Part shown: in pieces, positions 22,954-31,926 of the stretch
How positions within the stretch are numbered: the first letter of the stretch is position 1
How the letters are laid out: every line of letters begins with the position of its first letter
IMG/VR virus record: IMGVR_UViG_3300033485_000046
Span: 1 to 37,436 of that record
Strand: one strand, 5' to 3'
DNA: 37,436 bases
Origin: a virus
Lineage: Duplodnaviria > Caudoviricetes
The notes under the pieces: generated by a model
Told to the model about the DNA's origin: nothing
Database searches by the model: none
Seen by the model: the letters and a program-made list of their open reading frames with translations, nothing else
Program-made: the position numbers and the translations under genes

Positions 22954-24582
22954 GTGGTTATAGCTGAATTGTTCGGAACTCTCGGAATCAAACTCGATGA
23001 CGCGAGTTGGACAAATGCTAACCAAGCATTAGAGCTGCTTAATAAGACTGTAGGAAAAGCTTTCTCGGCTATCAAGAATACAATCAACGAAGGCTTCGAG
23101 GCGATTTCGTCCGTAGCCGATGAGGCCAATAATGTAGGTCGTGTAGCAGAGCAATTCGGGATGGCGGCAACCTCCCTAGAGGAACTCCAAAATGCCGCCA
23201 TGTTCGCCGATGTTTCGGTTGAGATGTTCCAACGGGGCCTTGGCCAACTAGCTCGGACCGCGTCAGAAGCGGCAGCTGGATCCAAGGAAGCCGTAGAAGC
23301 GATGGCTGGCCTCGACTTGAAGGATGCGACAGGTCAGCTCGTAAATGTCGACGAATTGCTCTTGAAGGTCTCCGACAAGATGCAAGGCATGGAATCGGCC
23401 ACTGAACGCGTAGCTTACGCCCAGAAGGTGTTTGGACGAGGTGGAGCGGCTCTAGTCCCTATGCTGGCTAAGGGTCGTGCCGAGATTGAACGCAACATTG
23501 CGATTGCTAATAAGTACTCCTACACACTATCGGCAGGGCAGCGTAAGGCATCCGAGGGGTTCGAGGTAGCTAAGAAGTCGTACATGCTTGCGGCTGGATC
23601 GATTAAGAGTGTATTCGCTTCCGCCGCCAATATCTCCCGCTTCTCCGAGCTCTATCAGCGAATGGCCGATGTCATCTCGAGCCCCGTCGTTCGTAGCGCT
23701 ATCGAAAGTATTTCCCATGTCTTCGGTGGCCTGGTGTCCATTGTAGTCAATGTAGTCAAGCGGATTGAGACCATCTTCAAGGCCCATGGCAACGACTTGA
23801 TTGCCGTCATGCATGGTATTGAGTACGCGCTTGGATATATTTACGGGGTCCTAGAAGTCATCATAGACGAAATCGACACCAAACTTGCAGAAGCCTTCAA
23901 GCCCATCAAAGAGCTTCGAAAGTGGCTTGATGAGCGAACGGGTGGCGGACTTGAATCCGATGTTAATGAATGCAATGAGAGTGTGTCTGGGTTGGCTGAC
24001 AACATCAGAGCCAATGAATCAACGTTCGCAAAACTCCGCCGATGGATTGAGACGCCTTCGGGCGAAGACGGCGCGATAGGCGATATTCACAAGCTGATGA
24101 ACGGCATGATGAAGCTTTCGGCTTTGGTCGAATCCATCAACACTTCAGTTGGAACTGCAGTCATCAAGGCAATAAAGGTCGCATTCGAGGGGTTGTGGGA
24201 CGCAGTCAAGTACACCAACAAACTCGTAGGCGAGAGCATCGATTGGCTGTTGAGGAAGATTGGCGCCCCGGTTCGAGCCATGAATGAACTTGTAGGAGGC
24301 GTTTTGACAGGCACTATGCCGACAAGGAACGTCCTCGAGACCCCGTCTACCATGCCGATGCGAACTGGCCTGGCCTCGTGGGCTCCCGCGCCTGAGAGGT
24401 TGATGTCGACTCAACCGGCCAATCAAAGCCCTGTGACAATCCCAACTACCAATACGTTCAACTTCACGATTACCGAGTCGACTGACGCTAACGGGACTGC
24501 CGATGCTGTCGCCAAGAAGGTAGCAGAAGAAATGGACCGTCAGAACAAGTTCACACTAGAGACAGTCCAGGGGCAACGCTAA
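22954..24582 (+). CDS. Tape measure protein
   Basis: VIAELFGTLG start, long Ala-rich helical sequence, VFGRGGAALVPML motif. Confidence 0.88.
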   Translation: MVIAELFGTLGIKLDDASWTNANQALELLNKTVGKAFSAIKNTINEGFEAISSVADEANNVGRVAEQFGMAATSLEELQNAAMFADVSVEMFQRGLGQLARTASEAAAGSKEAVEAMAGLDLKDATGQLVNVDELLLKVSDKMQGMESATERVAYAQKVFGRGGAALVPMLAKGRAEIERNIAIANKYSYTLSAGQRKASEGFEVAKKSYMLAAGSIKSVFASAANISRFSELYQRMADVISSPVVRSAIESISHVFGGLVSIVVNVVKRIETIFKAHGNDLIAVMHGIEYALGYIYGVLEVIIDEIDTKLAEAFKPIKELRKWLDERTGGGLESDVNECNESVSGLADNIRANESTFAKLRRWIETPSGEDGAIGDIHKLMNGMMKLSALVESINTSVGTAVIKAIKVAFEGLWDAVKYTNKLVGESIDWLLRKIGAPVRAMNELVGGVLTGTMPTRNVLETPSTMPMRTGLASWAPAPERLMSTQPANQSPVTIPTTNTFNFTITESTDANGTADAVAKKVAEEMDRQNKFTLETVQGQR

Positions 24583-25115
24583 TGTCTACATTAACAATGA
24601 CTGTCGACACCACTTCGCTTGAGTTGACAGGGCTAGTGTCCGAGAGTAATACGACAGATTCGACGTTGACCTCGGCACCATGCGAAGATGGCTTCGATGT
24701 CGCCCAGGGCAAGGTTGACAAGCCCCATACTCTGAAGATTGAAGCCTTAGCCCAAGACTACACACATTCGAAGGAGGGCTACGAAGGACGCGCCGTAGCC
24801 ATTCTTCAGCAGCTCCGAGACTGGCAAACGGCTGCATCGAAGGTGACTGTACAGACAGACGGTCCCTCGTTCATCGATTATGGATTGACGAGTGTCAGTT
24901 ACACGAGGACGTCGAAGGCGAATCAACTCAAGCTCTCATTGTCTCTACAAGAAGTCAAGACTGTCAAGACGAAGTGGGTTGCTGGCCAGAAGACAAACAT
25001 TCAACGTCGAACTCCAGATGCGATGGCCAAGAAGGCTGATAAGGTCGAACCCACCAAGCGCAATGATTTTGAAGTAGGACGGGCAGAAGCCCAAGCAGCT
25101 TTGAGGGCCAGATAA
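24582..25115 (+). CDS. Baseplate/tube initiator (Dit-like) protein
   Basis: SE.....LTSAPCEDG and LSLQEV motifs; follows the tape measure gene. Confidence 0.7.
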   Translation: MSTLTMTVDTTSLELTGLVSESNTTDSTLTSAPCEDGFDVAQGKVDKPHTLKIEALAQDYTHSKEGYEGRAVAILQQLRDWQTAASKVTVQTDGPSFIDYGLTSVSYTRTSKANQLKLSLSLQEVKTVKTKWVAGQKTNIQRRTPDAMAKKADKVEPTKRNDFEVGRAEAQAALRAR

Positions 25116-25429
25116 TGGAATACCTAATCATACCTACGAAGACAGATGGGACCTGGTCCTATTCTCTCTATCTTGACATCGATGAATCGCCATACACACT
25201 TGACTTCAACTGGAATGAACGTGACTTGAGTTGGACTTGTTGGATCTCGGATGAAGATGGAGCCATCGCCGTCTCGAAGGTAATTCCCGGAATCAATCTT
25301 TTCAACTACACAGACCCTCGTCTTCCTACCTCCATGCTCTTCCTTGACAAAGACGGCCCAGCGGCCCCCGGATTGACCGACCTAGGTGTCAATTATAAAC
25401 TGGTAATCGTTAACCCAGCGGCCATCTAA
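25115..25429 (+). CDS. Baseplate plug-like protein
   Basis: YTLDFNWNERDLSW and DLG...KL motifs; synteny. Confidence 0.7.
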   Translation: MEYLIIPTKTDGTWSYSLYLDIDESPYTLDFNWNERDLSWTCWISDEDGAIAVSKVIPGINLFNYTDPRLPTSMLFLDKDGPAAPGLTDLGVNYKLVIVNPAAI

Positions 25430-26340
25430 TGTTCCTACCTTCGTATACATTGAACATCACCTACGAGGCCAATCCTCCGACGACGAGATCCATCAAAGCT
25501 ACGACGGCTACCCAGACTTGGACTGTGACAGACTTGCGATGCTCGGCAACCATCAAAGCCGACAACACCAAGAACCCGAACACGGCCGAAATCAAACTGT
25601 GGAACGTATCGCCTGAGTCGCTAACCAAGATGACTGCATTGGGCGATGTGTCGTTAACTGTCGGATATACAGACGAGTCTTCAGGTGTGATCTTCCGTGG
25701 CAACTTGATGCAGTGTTTGACAAAGCAGGAAGCCGACGGCATGGTCACTGCACTTCGATGCTCCGATGGCGGGCGGGCCCACGCCCTAGGCAACATGCAG
25801 GTCAGCTTCAAGGCGAACTCGACGGCGACCCAAATCGCGAACAAGTTGCTCGACAAGGTAGTCGCAGAAACAGGCCTTGCTGAGGGGTCTACCAGGTCCG
25901 TGGTTGCAGCCATGACCCCAAAGGTGTACCGGCGCGGGTTCTCGGATTCCGGCTCATCGTTGCGCATTCTGCACGACTTCCTCCTAGGTAATGGCCTGGC
26001 ACTATCAATTCAAAACATGACACTCCAAGCCGTACAACAGAATCAAGCTTCAAAGGCGATGGTATACGAGTTGAGTCCGTCTTCAGGTTTGATTGGGAGT
26101 CCAGACTTCGCCTCGACACAAGACACTATCAACTCAACTGATACATGCGCAGCTGCCAAAGCCAAGGCGAAGTCCAAGTTGCTCAAGCTCGAGTGCTTCC
26201 TTCTGCCCCTCGTTCAAGTCAACCAACAAGTCCACGTGTCGTCGAAATCGAAGGACGGTTACTTCACCGTCACGTCTGTAGAGCACAAGTTCGACACCCA
26301 CGGTTCTGCTCCCTGGACCACAACCTTGGAAGTGACCTAA
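25429..26340 (+). CDS. Baseplate hub protein
   Basis: PNTAEIKLWN, VGY....IFRG, CSDG, SIQN, GLIGSP and H.FDTHG..W.T motifs. Confidence 0.82.
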   Translation: MFLPSYTLNITYEANPPTTRSIKATTATQTWTVTDLRCSATIKADNTKNPNTAEIKLWNVSPESLTKMTALGDVSLTVGYTDESSGVIFRGNLMQCLTKQEADGMVTALRCSDGGRAHALGNMQVSFKANSTATQIANKLLDKVVAETGLAEGSTRSVVAAMTPKVYRRGFSDSGSSLRILHDFLLGNGLALSIQNMTLQAVQQNQASKAMVYELSPSSGLIGSPDFASTQDTINSTDTCAAAKAKAKSKLLKLECFLLPLVQVNQQVHVSSKSKDGYFTVTSVEHKFDTHGSAPWTTTLEVT

Positions 26341-27038
26341 TGAACCCTCAAATCTACGACGCAATCAAATCCGCTATCAACGCCGGTCTCCATGTCTCAT
26401 TGCCTGCTCGGATTGAGTCGTTCGATTCCGTCACCCAGACATGTACCTGTCAGCCCATGGTCAAAGACACTACCCAATCTGGCGCGTATGTTCCATTCCC
26501 GGTCCTAGTCGGCCTACCAGTTCAGTTTCCAGGCGGGAGTCAGTTTACCGTTACTTTCCCTTTGGCGCAAGGCGATGAAGGTTTGGTCGTATTCTCTGAC
26601 ATCGACACCGGGGCTTGGCTGGATACTGGTAACGTATCAACTCCAGACACACCCCGTCAACACCATCTGTCCGATGGATTCTTTCTCCCTGGCACCCGAA
26701 GCAACGCCAAGAAGCTTTCCGAGTTCAAGACTGACGCCATCGTTGTAGGCAAGCAAGGCGATGTAGGGGTCCGAGTCTCGGCCAGCAAGGTGGAACTTGG
26801 GGTCACCCATTCGGAATCGGCTACAGAGGCGGCGGTCTTAGGAACAGCCCAGAAGACTGCAATTGATTCACTGGTTGACAATCTCAAGTCCGCCATCGAC
26901 GCCATGCTTACAACTGGCGCCAACAGCGGAGGACCTGTTGCGTTCGCCGGTACCCCAGCATTCGCGGCTGCATGGTCTGCCGCCAAAGCTAGTTATGATG
27001 CAGCTCAGACATTGAGCACCAAGGTTAAAGTCAAGTAG
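26340..27038 (+). CDS. Baseplate spike (Gp138-like N-terminal OB domain)
   Basis: LHVSLPARIESFD, PVQFPGG, FPL..GDEGLVVFSD and RQHHLSDG motifs; start at the TAATG overlap. Confidence 0.88.
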   Translation: MNPQIYDAIKSAINAGLHVSLPARIESFDSVTQTCTCQPMVKDTTQSGAYVPFPVLVGLPVQFPGGSQFTVTFPLAQGDEGLVVFSDIDTGAWLDTGNVSTPDTPRQHHLSDGFFLPGTRSNAKKLSEFKTDAIVVGKQGDVGVRVSASKVELGVTHSESATEAAVLGTAQKTAIDSLVDNLKSAIDAMLTTGANSGGPVAFAGTPAFAAAWSAAKASYDAAQTLSTKVKVK

Positions 27039-27041
27039 TTA

Positions 27042-27067
27042 GTCCAATTCTCTTGCTAGGTCGGTAA
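27042..27067 (+). promoter_or_regulatory. Putative late promoter GTCC-N16-CGGTAA (fibre/baseplate module)
   Basis: TAGTCC-16-CGGTAA in the intergenic gap. Confidence 0.75.
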
Positions 27068-27094
27068 GAGATACTATCGAACATCGGAGCCCAC

Positions 27095-27346
27095 ATGGCA
27101 AACGACAAACAATTCACAATTACTGGCACTGGTTCTCTTGTGGCCCAAGAGTTCGGTTTCTGGGCCGACTACCAGTCGATTCGGGTTTCAGTCGTAGCCG
27201 CCGACATCAGCTTCGATGGGACGAATGTCATTTCGATTGGCGCTGGCCAGGGGATTGAGTTCGATCGGCACCCACGCTGCAAACTTTGGGTCCGTGGTAC
27301 CGGGGCTACCGTAACAGTCATCGCTTGCTCGAACTCGGAGGTCTAA
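27095..27346 (+). CDS. Small beta-rich virion protein (putative)
   Basis: GGAG SD; ISFDG motif; first gene after the late promoter. Confidence 0.7.
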   Translation: MANDKQFTITGTGSLVAQEFGFWADYQSIRVSVVAADISFDGTNVISIGAGQGIEFDRHPRCKLWVRGTGATVTVIACSNSEV

Positions 27347-27347
27347 G

Positions 27348-27950
27348 ATGTCAGTTCGATTTCTGTCTTCGACTTCGCCTACCATTGGCGCTGCGATCCG
27401 CCGTGGACAATACCATTGGCCAGGTCGCTGTAATGGTGGCAATTTTGGCGACAGCGGCGGCGGAACGGCAGTTCCCGCCAACCGACTCTACCTGATTCCA
27501 TTTTGGGCACCTAAGAGCTTTACTTGCACTCACGTTGGCTTTGCGCGAACAAACGTTGCTGAAACCACGTTGGGTGTCGCACTGTATGCCGATGGCCATG
27601 ACGCTTACGGTTCGTGTCCCGGCACCCAAATATACAAACAGACGACTGGCATTTCGTGTCCCAATTCAGGTTACAATGAGTCGGCCCTGACAACCCCTGT
27701 CTCGATTGCGGCCAATACCGTTTATTGGATTGGCTTTGCGCCTAACCAGGCGCGCGATTGGCGCATTCTCCTTCGTGAGCAAATGCAACCAGTCTTGGGT
27801 GAAGACCCGGTTACACTCAAGACCTACACCCACCTATACTGGAATGGCGACGGCATTGATAATCTTCCTGCTGTGATTCCTTCGTTGTCATTCGGCAATG
27901 ACGTTGACCACAAGCTTCCTGCGATTTGCTGCAAAATCACATTCGACTAA
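27348..27950 (+). CDS. Putative virion beta-sandwich protein
   Basis: GGAGG SD; ANRLYLIPF, LGVALYAD..G.PG and YWIGF motifs. Confidence 0.7.
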   Translation: MSVRFLSSTSPTIGAAIRRGQYHWPGRCNGGNFGDSGGGTAVPANRLYLIPFWAPKSFTCTHVGFARTNVAETTLGVALYADGHDAYGSCPGTQIYKQTTGISCPNSGYNESALTTPVSIAANTVYWIGFAPNQARDWRILLREQMQPVLGEDPVTLKTYTHLYWNGDGIDNLPAVIPSLSFGNDVDHKLPAICCKITFD

Positions 27951-27959
27951 GGACACCTA

Positions 27960-29438
27960 ATGGCAATCGCAATCCCTTCGCCTTTACCTGACGCAACAGG
28001 CTCATTGTCGGGCAAGGTCTCGTTGACAGCCCAAACGCTCGGGGCCGGGCCCAAGACAATCGCTCAAGTTGTCACCCCCATCGTAAACAACACGAATGGG
28101 ACGGGTGCAACTGATGTATGTGTTAAGTTAGGGACTTCGGTTGCCGACGGTTCTGTCAATACAACCGCCAAACTTGTGTCGGTTCGAACTGGCATCGCAG
28201 GCACGGAAACTGAGAAGCTTTCGGTTCTGAAGTCTGGCGCCTTGACTACGGCTTCTACGATTGGAATGACGTCAGACCCATCTGCCCCATTAAGTGCGGC
28301 GGGTGAAGTCAAGATTCGAAGCAACGCGGGTGCCATCCAAGCATCACAGAATGGTGGTGCGTATGCCAACCTAGGCGGAGTTGACGTCACACTGACAGCC
28401 ATCGGTTCGACTCCGAACGCCAACGGTGCCAGTCTTGCTGGTCAGGCTCTAAACCTCCAACCGGCGAGCCTGCTGTACGGTGGTGTTGTCACTTCTGGAA
28501 CGCAAGCCTTTGGTGGCCAGAAGTCATTCAACGATACGTTCGTCCTGGCTACTACTGGGCTGACTTCGCAAGTAGGCCTTGATTTAGGTGGAGCACCGGG
28601 CAATCAGACGGTAAATGAGCCGAACGGTGTCGCCGCGATTGCTTCGGGAGCCACGTCGGTGACTATCACCAACTCCATGGCGACTCTGAGCTCGAAGATT
28701 GGTATTGAGTGGTATGGAGATCACGGGGCTATTAGGTCTTGGGTTGTTCGGGCAAACGGTTCGTTCACAGTCACCTTGTCCTCTGCGGCTAGCGCCAACA
28801 CTCCCTTTGCTTGGTCTATAGCTACGATACAGTCGACCTTATTGTCTGGTCTGACTCACTCTTGGTCGCTCGATGGGAACTCAAATGACGTCTTTGTTAC
28901 GGGTAACGGGACTGATATCAATGTCACTTATGTCGCTGGCAAATTAGGACAGGCAGCTTCGTTTAACGGCACGACATCTAAAATCACGACCTCCGTCAAC
29001 GGACCACTTGGGGCGAGTCCTCGGTCTGTATCGATGTGGCTGAACAAGACTTCTACCGCGAACCGCAACGCCTTTGGGTACGGAATCCAGCTTTCTGGCC
29101 AATCTTTTGATGTGTTGTACTTCAGCGGCATGTGCATTTACGACACGGGCGCCACTAGTTCGCCTCAAGCGATGTCAACTGGAGTATGGCATCATTTTGC
29201 TGCAACATACAATGGCACTACAGTTCAAACATATCTAGATGGAGTGGCAGGGACTCCATGGGTGCATACATTGAATACTGTCAGTTCAACCCCAATAAAC
29301 ATCGGAACTGGAGTGCACTCTTCCTTTGCATGGTGGGACGGCTTGATTGATGATGTACAACTTTCATCTCGAGCTTGGACTTCCACTGAGGTTGCTTCGT
29401 TGTACAATGGTTCAGTTGGAAGATACTACCCGTTCTAA
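27960..29438 (+). CDS. Tail fibre/receptor-binding protein with C-terminal LamG-like domain
   Basis: Thr/Gly/Ser-rich; QTLGAGPKT and QAFGGQKSF repeats; WHHFAATYNG..YLDG...GLIDDV...R LamG signature. Confidence 0.82.
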   Translation: MAIAIPSPLPDATGSLSGKVSLTAQTLGAGPKTIAQVVTPIVNNTNGTGATDVCVKLGTSVADGSVNTTAKLVSVRTGIAGTETEKLSVLKSGALTTASTIGMTSDPSAPLSAAGEVKIRSNAGAIQASQNGGAYANLGGVDVTLTAIGSTPNANGASLAGQALNLQPASLLYGGVVTSGTQAFGGQKSFNDTFVLATTGLTSQVGLDLGGAPGNQTVNEPNGVAAIASGATSVTITNSMATLSSKIGIEWYGDHGAIRSWVVRANGSFTVTLSSAASANTPFAWSIATIQSTLLSGLTHSWSLDGNSNDVFVTGNGTDINVTYVAGKLGQAASFNGTTSKITTSVNGPLGASPRSVSMWLNKTSTANRNAFGYGIQLSGQSFDVLYFSGMCIYDTGATSSPQAMSTGVWHHFAATYNGTTVQTYLDGVAGTPWVHTLNTVSSTPINIGTGVHSSFAWWDGLIDDVQLSSRAWTSTEVASLYNGSVGRYYPF

Positions 29439-29451
29439 GTAAGGGCGAACA

Positions 29452-29718
29452 ATGACAATCACAGAATTCCTTCAAGCTCAAGTCGCACAAGCAACGTCGA
29501 AGGCGGATCTTCGAGTCAAGGTTGGCGAAGTCATCAACGCGTTGAATACGTTTGCCGCGGCTCTTGACGCCCAACTTGCCGCGGCTCCGATGCAGTTCGC
29601 CGCCCAGGACCCCGACTACGCCGCCTTCGTCGAAGCACTCCCTACCCCAAGCCTTGGCTTGATTGAAGAGACACTTCAGCCTGAAGTTCCTGTAACACCC
29701 GAAGTTCCGGTACCGTAA
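29452..29718 (+). CDS. Hypothetical protein (88 aa)
   Basis: Co-oriented; TAATG coupling to the next gene. Confidence 0.65.
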   Translation: MTITEFLQAQVAQATSKADLRVKVGEVINALNTFAAALDAQLAAAPMQFAAQDPDYAAFVEALPTPSLGLIEETLQPEVPVTPEVPVP

Positions 29719-30572
29719 TGACCAACGTTCTCGTCACAATCTACGACTCGGCTGGCGCTCCGAAGAGTGACGCTACACCTACATTCGTAGCTGTCCGTAG
29801 TACGACAGGCGGGGTGTTGTCAAGCCCTACCATTACCAATCTCGGTAACGGCAATTACGGGTTTGAGCTTGATGGCAATGCTGGCTACCTGATCTCGACC
29901 GGCGCCAATCCGTTGTACGTCGCAGGCGGCGTTGGCGATGGCGTATGGTCTGGTCTGTACGACTCGGCCGGTGTCCCTAAAGCCGATGCGACTCCAACAG
30001 TGGCATTGTATTCATGGACTGGCGGTTCTCTTGGGGGCCAGATAATCACCAATGCTGGCGGTGGGTTGTATTACTTCAATTACACCCAAGAGTCAATCTT
30101 CAAGATGACGACTGGCTGCATGCCGGCTTATTACGATGGCACGATTGAGCTTGCCGCCCAAACACAAGAAATTGTCGTCCCTCCCCCAGTATCCGTCCAA
30201 GAGAATGTGTCGGAGGGTTATGTCCAATACAAAATCAATACATCTAGCGGCCTACCGGTTCTCGATGCAGATGGTAAGAGGATTCGTCTGTCGCGTTCGG
30301 ATTCGTTGGCTCAAGCTCTCTGGTTCCGTCTCGCCCGCTTTCAAGGCGAGTGGAAGTACGACCTGGATTCTGGCTTGACATACAATGACTGGAATGAAAT
30401 CCCGAATGCCAATCTAACGGCAATCCGCCAGACGGTTATGGCGGAGTTGTTTAAGGTCAAGGATGTTGCGGCTGTCAACAACTTGATCATTGAACTGGAC
30501 TCAAACCACAATCTCACTATTGCAGCCAACATCAAATGCAGCGACGGCACAATTGTCGCTCTAGGAGTCTAG
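29718..30572 (+). CDS. Baseplate wedge gp25-like (DUF2634-type) protein with N-terminal duplicated module
   Basis: C-terminal LAQALWFRLARFQGEWKYDLDSGL.Y; N-terminal YDSAG.PK.DATPT...ITN.G.G.Y.F twice. Confidence 0.75.
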   Translation: MTNVLVTIYDSAGAPKSDATPTFVAVRSTTGGVLSSPTITNLGNGNYGFELDGNAGYLISTGANPLYVAGGVGDGVWSGLYDSAGVPKADATPTVALYSWTGGSLGGQIITNAGGGLYYFNYTQESIFKMTTGCMPAYYDGTIELAAQTQEIVVPPPVSVQENVSEGYVQYKINTSSGLPVLDADGKRIRLSRSDSLAQALWFRLARFQGEWKYDLDSGLTYNDWNEIPNANLTAIRQTVMAELFKVKDVAAVNNLIIELDSNHNLTIAANIKCSDGTIVALGV

Positions 30573-30573
30573 T

Positions 30574-31926
30574 ATGGCTTACGGTATTACTTCGGCTGGC
30601 TTTATCCCCAAGACTCGCGACGCGATTTACACCGAACTTTGCGCGGCCGCAGTCACTGCCAGCGGCAACCCAGACCTCGATGTCTCGGCTGACTCTGATA
30701 CCGGGTTGTTCATTGGAGTTCTCGCCGATGCCCTGGGCACCCAATGGGCGGTTACCGAAGGCGCTTACACAGCGTCTTACCCAGACGGAGCAACAGGAAT
30801 CCCCCTAGAGAATGTCTGCGCATTAACTGGCATCACCCGTCTTGCGGCGACCTACTCCGAGGTTGAAGTCACGTGCACTGGAACGACTGGGACGTATGTT
30901 TCGGAAGGTACTCTGTTCAGTCAAGGACCTGGCACCCCGAATGTCTCTGTCATGGCAACCCAAGCTATTCCCGCTGGCGGGACTGTCGTTGTCCAGTGTA
31001 AAGCCGTAGCTACCGGACCAACATACTTCCTGGCAGGCACTGTAACGACAATCGAAACACCAGTTGCAGGGCTGACTTCAGTCTCGAACGCTTTGGATCA
31101 GTACGTTCTAGGTTCCGACATCGAGACTTACGAGGCCCTTCGCGTTCGTCGTCAGGCGTCCCTGAGGGCTCTTGGTGGAGCTGGAGTCGATGCAATTCGA
31201 GCTGCCGTCCTTCTTGTCGCTGGCGTCTCTGAATGCTATGTTCTGAGCAATGACACAGATGCTGTTGTCGATACACTCCCTGCCCACTCGTTCGAGGTCA
31301 TCGTTGATGGCGGGTCGAATACTGACATCGGTCAAGCCATCCTCAACACGAAGCCTGTGGGAGTCTATTGTTTCGGTACGCCCGCTACAGCAGGTTACTT
31401 CGTCGTAGGAGACACATACACGATTACGACCGTAGGTTCAACTGACTTCACTTTGATTGGCGCCGCTTCGAATACGATCGGTGTTTCATTTACTGCAACT
31501 GGGATTGGGGCAGGGACGGGGACAGCAATGAGTGAACCTCGGGTTGCCGACTCGGCTGGTTCAACTAGGGTTGTCCGGTGCACACGCCCACCTTCCATCA
31601 ACATTGGCGTATTCGTCGAGGTCGAGACATGGGGCGTTGTACCTAGCGGCCTGGCTGCATCCATCAAAGCCGCCATCGTAGCCCAAGAGGCTTCGTACCA
31701 CGCCGGTAACGACGTCTACGCATCAAGGTTCGTACGGTCGATTTATGACGTATCGAGCTGCATTCAAAACGTCAAGTACGTCACCTTGACCCAAGCAGCT
31801 CCCCCGAGTACCCCCGCGGTTCCCACTTCGGCTTCGCCAACCACAATCTCTATTGGGTCTAGGAACAAGGCGGAGTTTGATTCGTCTTGGGTTACCGTGA
31901 CAGTGACGGCTTTGGGGAGCATCTAA
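30574..31926 (+). CDS. Baseplate J/gp47-family wedge protein
   Basis: YGITSAGF, ATGIPLENVCALTGITR, G.DIET.EALRVRR, LPAHSFEVIVDGG and KPVG motifs. Confidence 0.9.
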   Translation: MAYGITSAGFIPKTRDAIYTELCAAAVTASGNPDLDVSADSDTGLFIGVLADALGTQWAVTEGAYTASYPDGATGIPLENVCALTGITRLAATYSEVEVTCTGTTGTYVSEGTLFSQGPGTPNVSVMATQAIPAGGTVVVQCKAVATGPTYFLAGTVTTIETPVAGLTSVSNALDQYVLGSDIETYEALRVRRQASLRALGGAGVDAIRAAVLLVAGVSECYVLSNDTDAVVDTLPAHSFEVIVDGGSNTDIGQAILNTKPVGVYCFGTPATAGYFVVGDTYTITTVGSTDFTLIGAASNTIGVSFTATGIGAGTGTAMSEPRVADSAGSTRVVRCTRPPSINIGVFVEVETWGVVPSGLAASIKAAIVAQEASYHAGNDVYASRFVRSIYDVSSCIQNVKYVTLTQAAPPSTPAVPTSASPTTISIGSRNKAEFDSSWVTVTVTALGSI

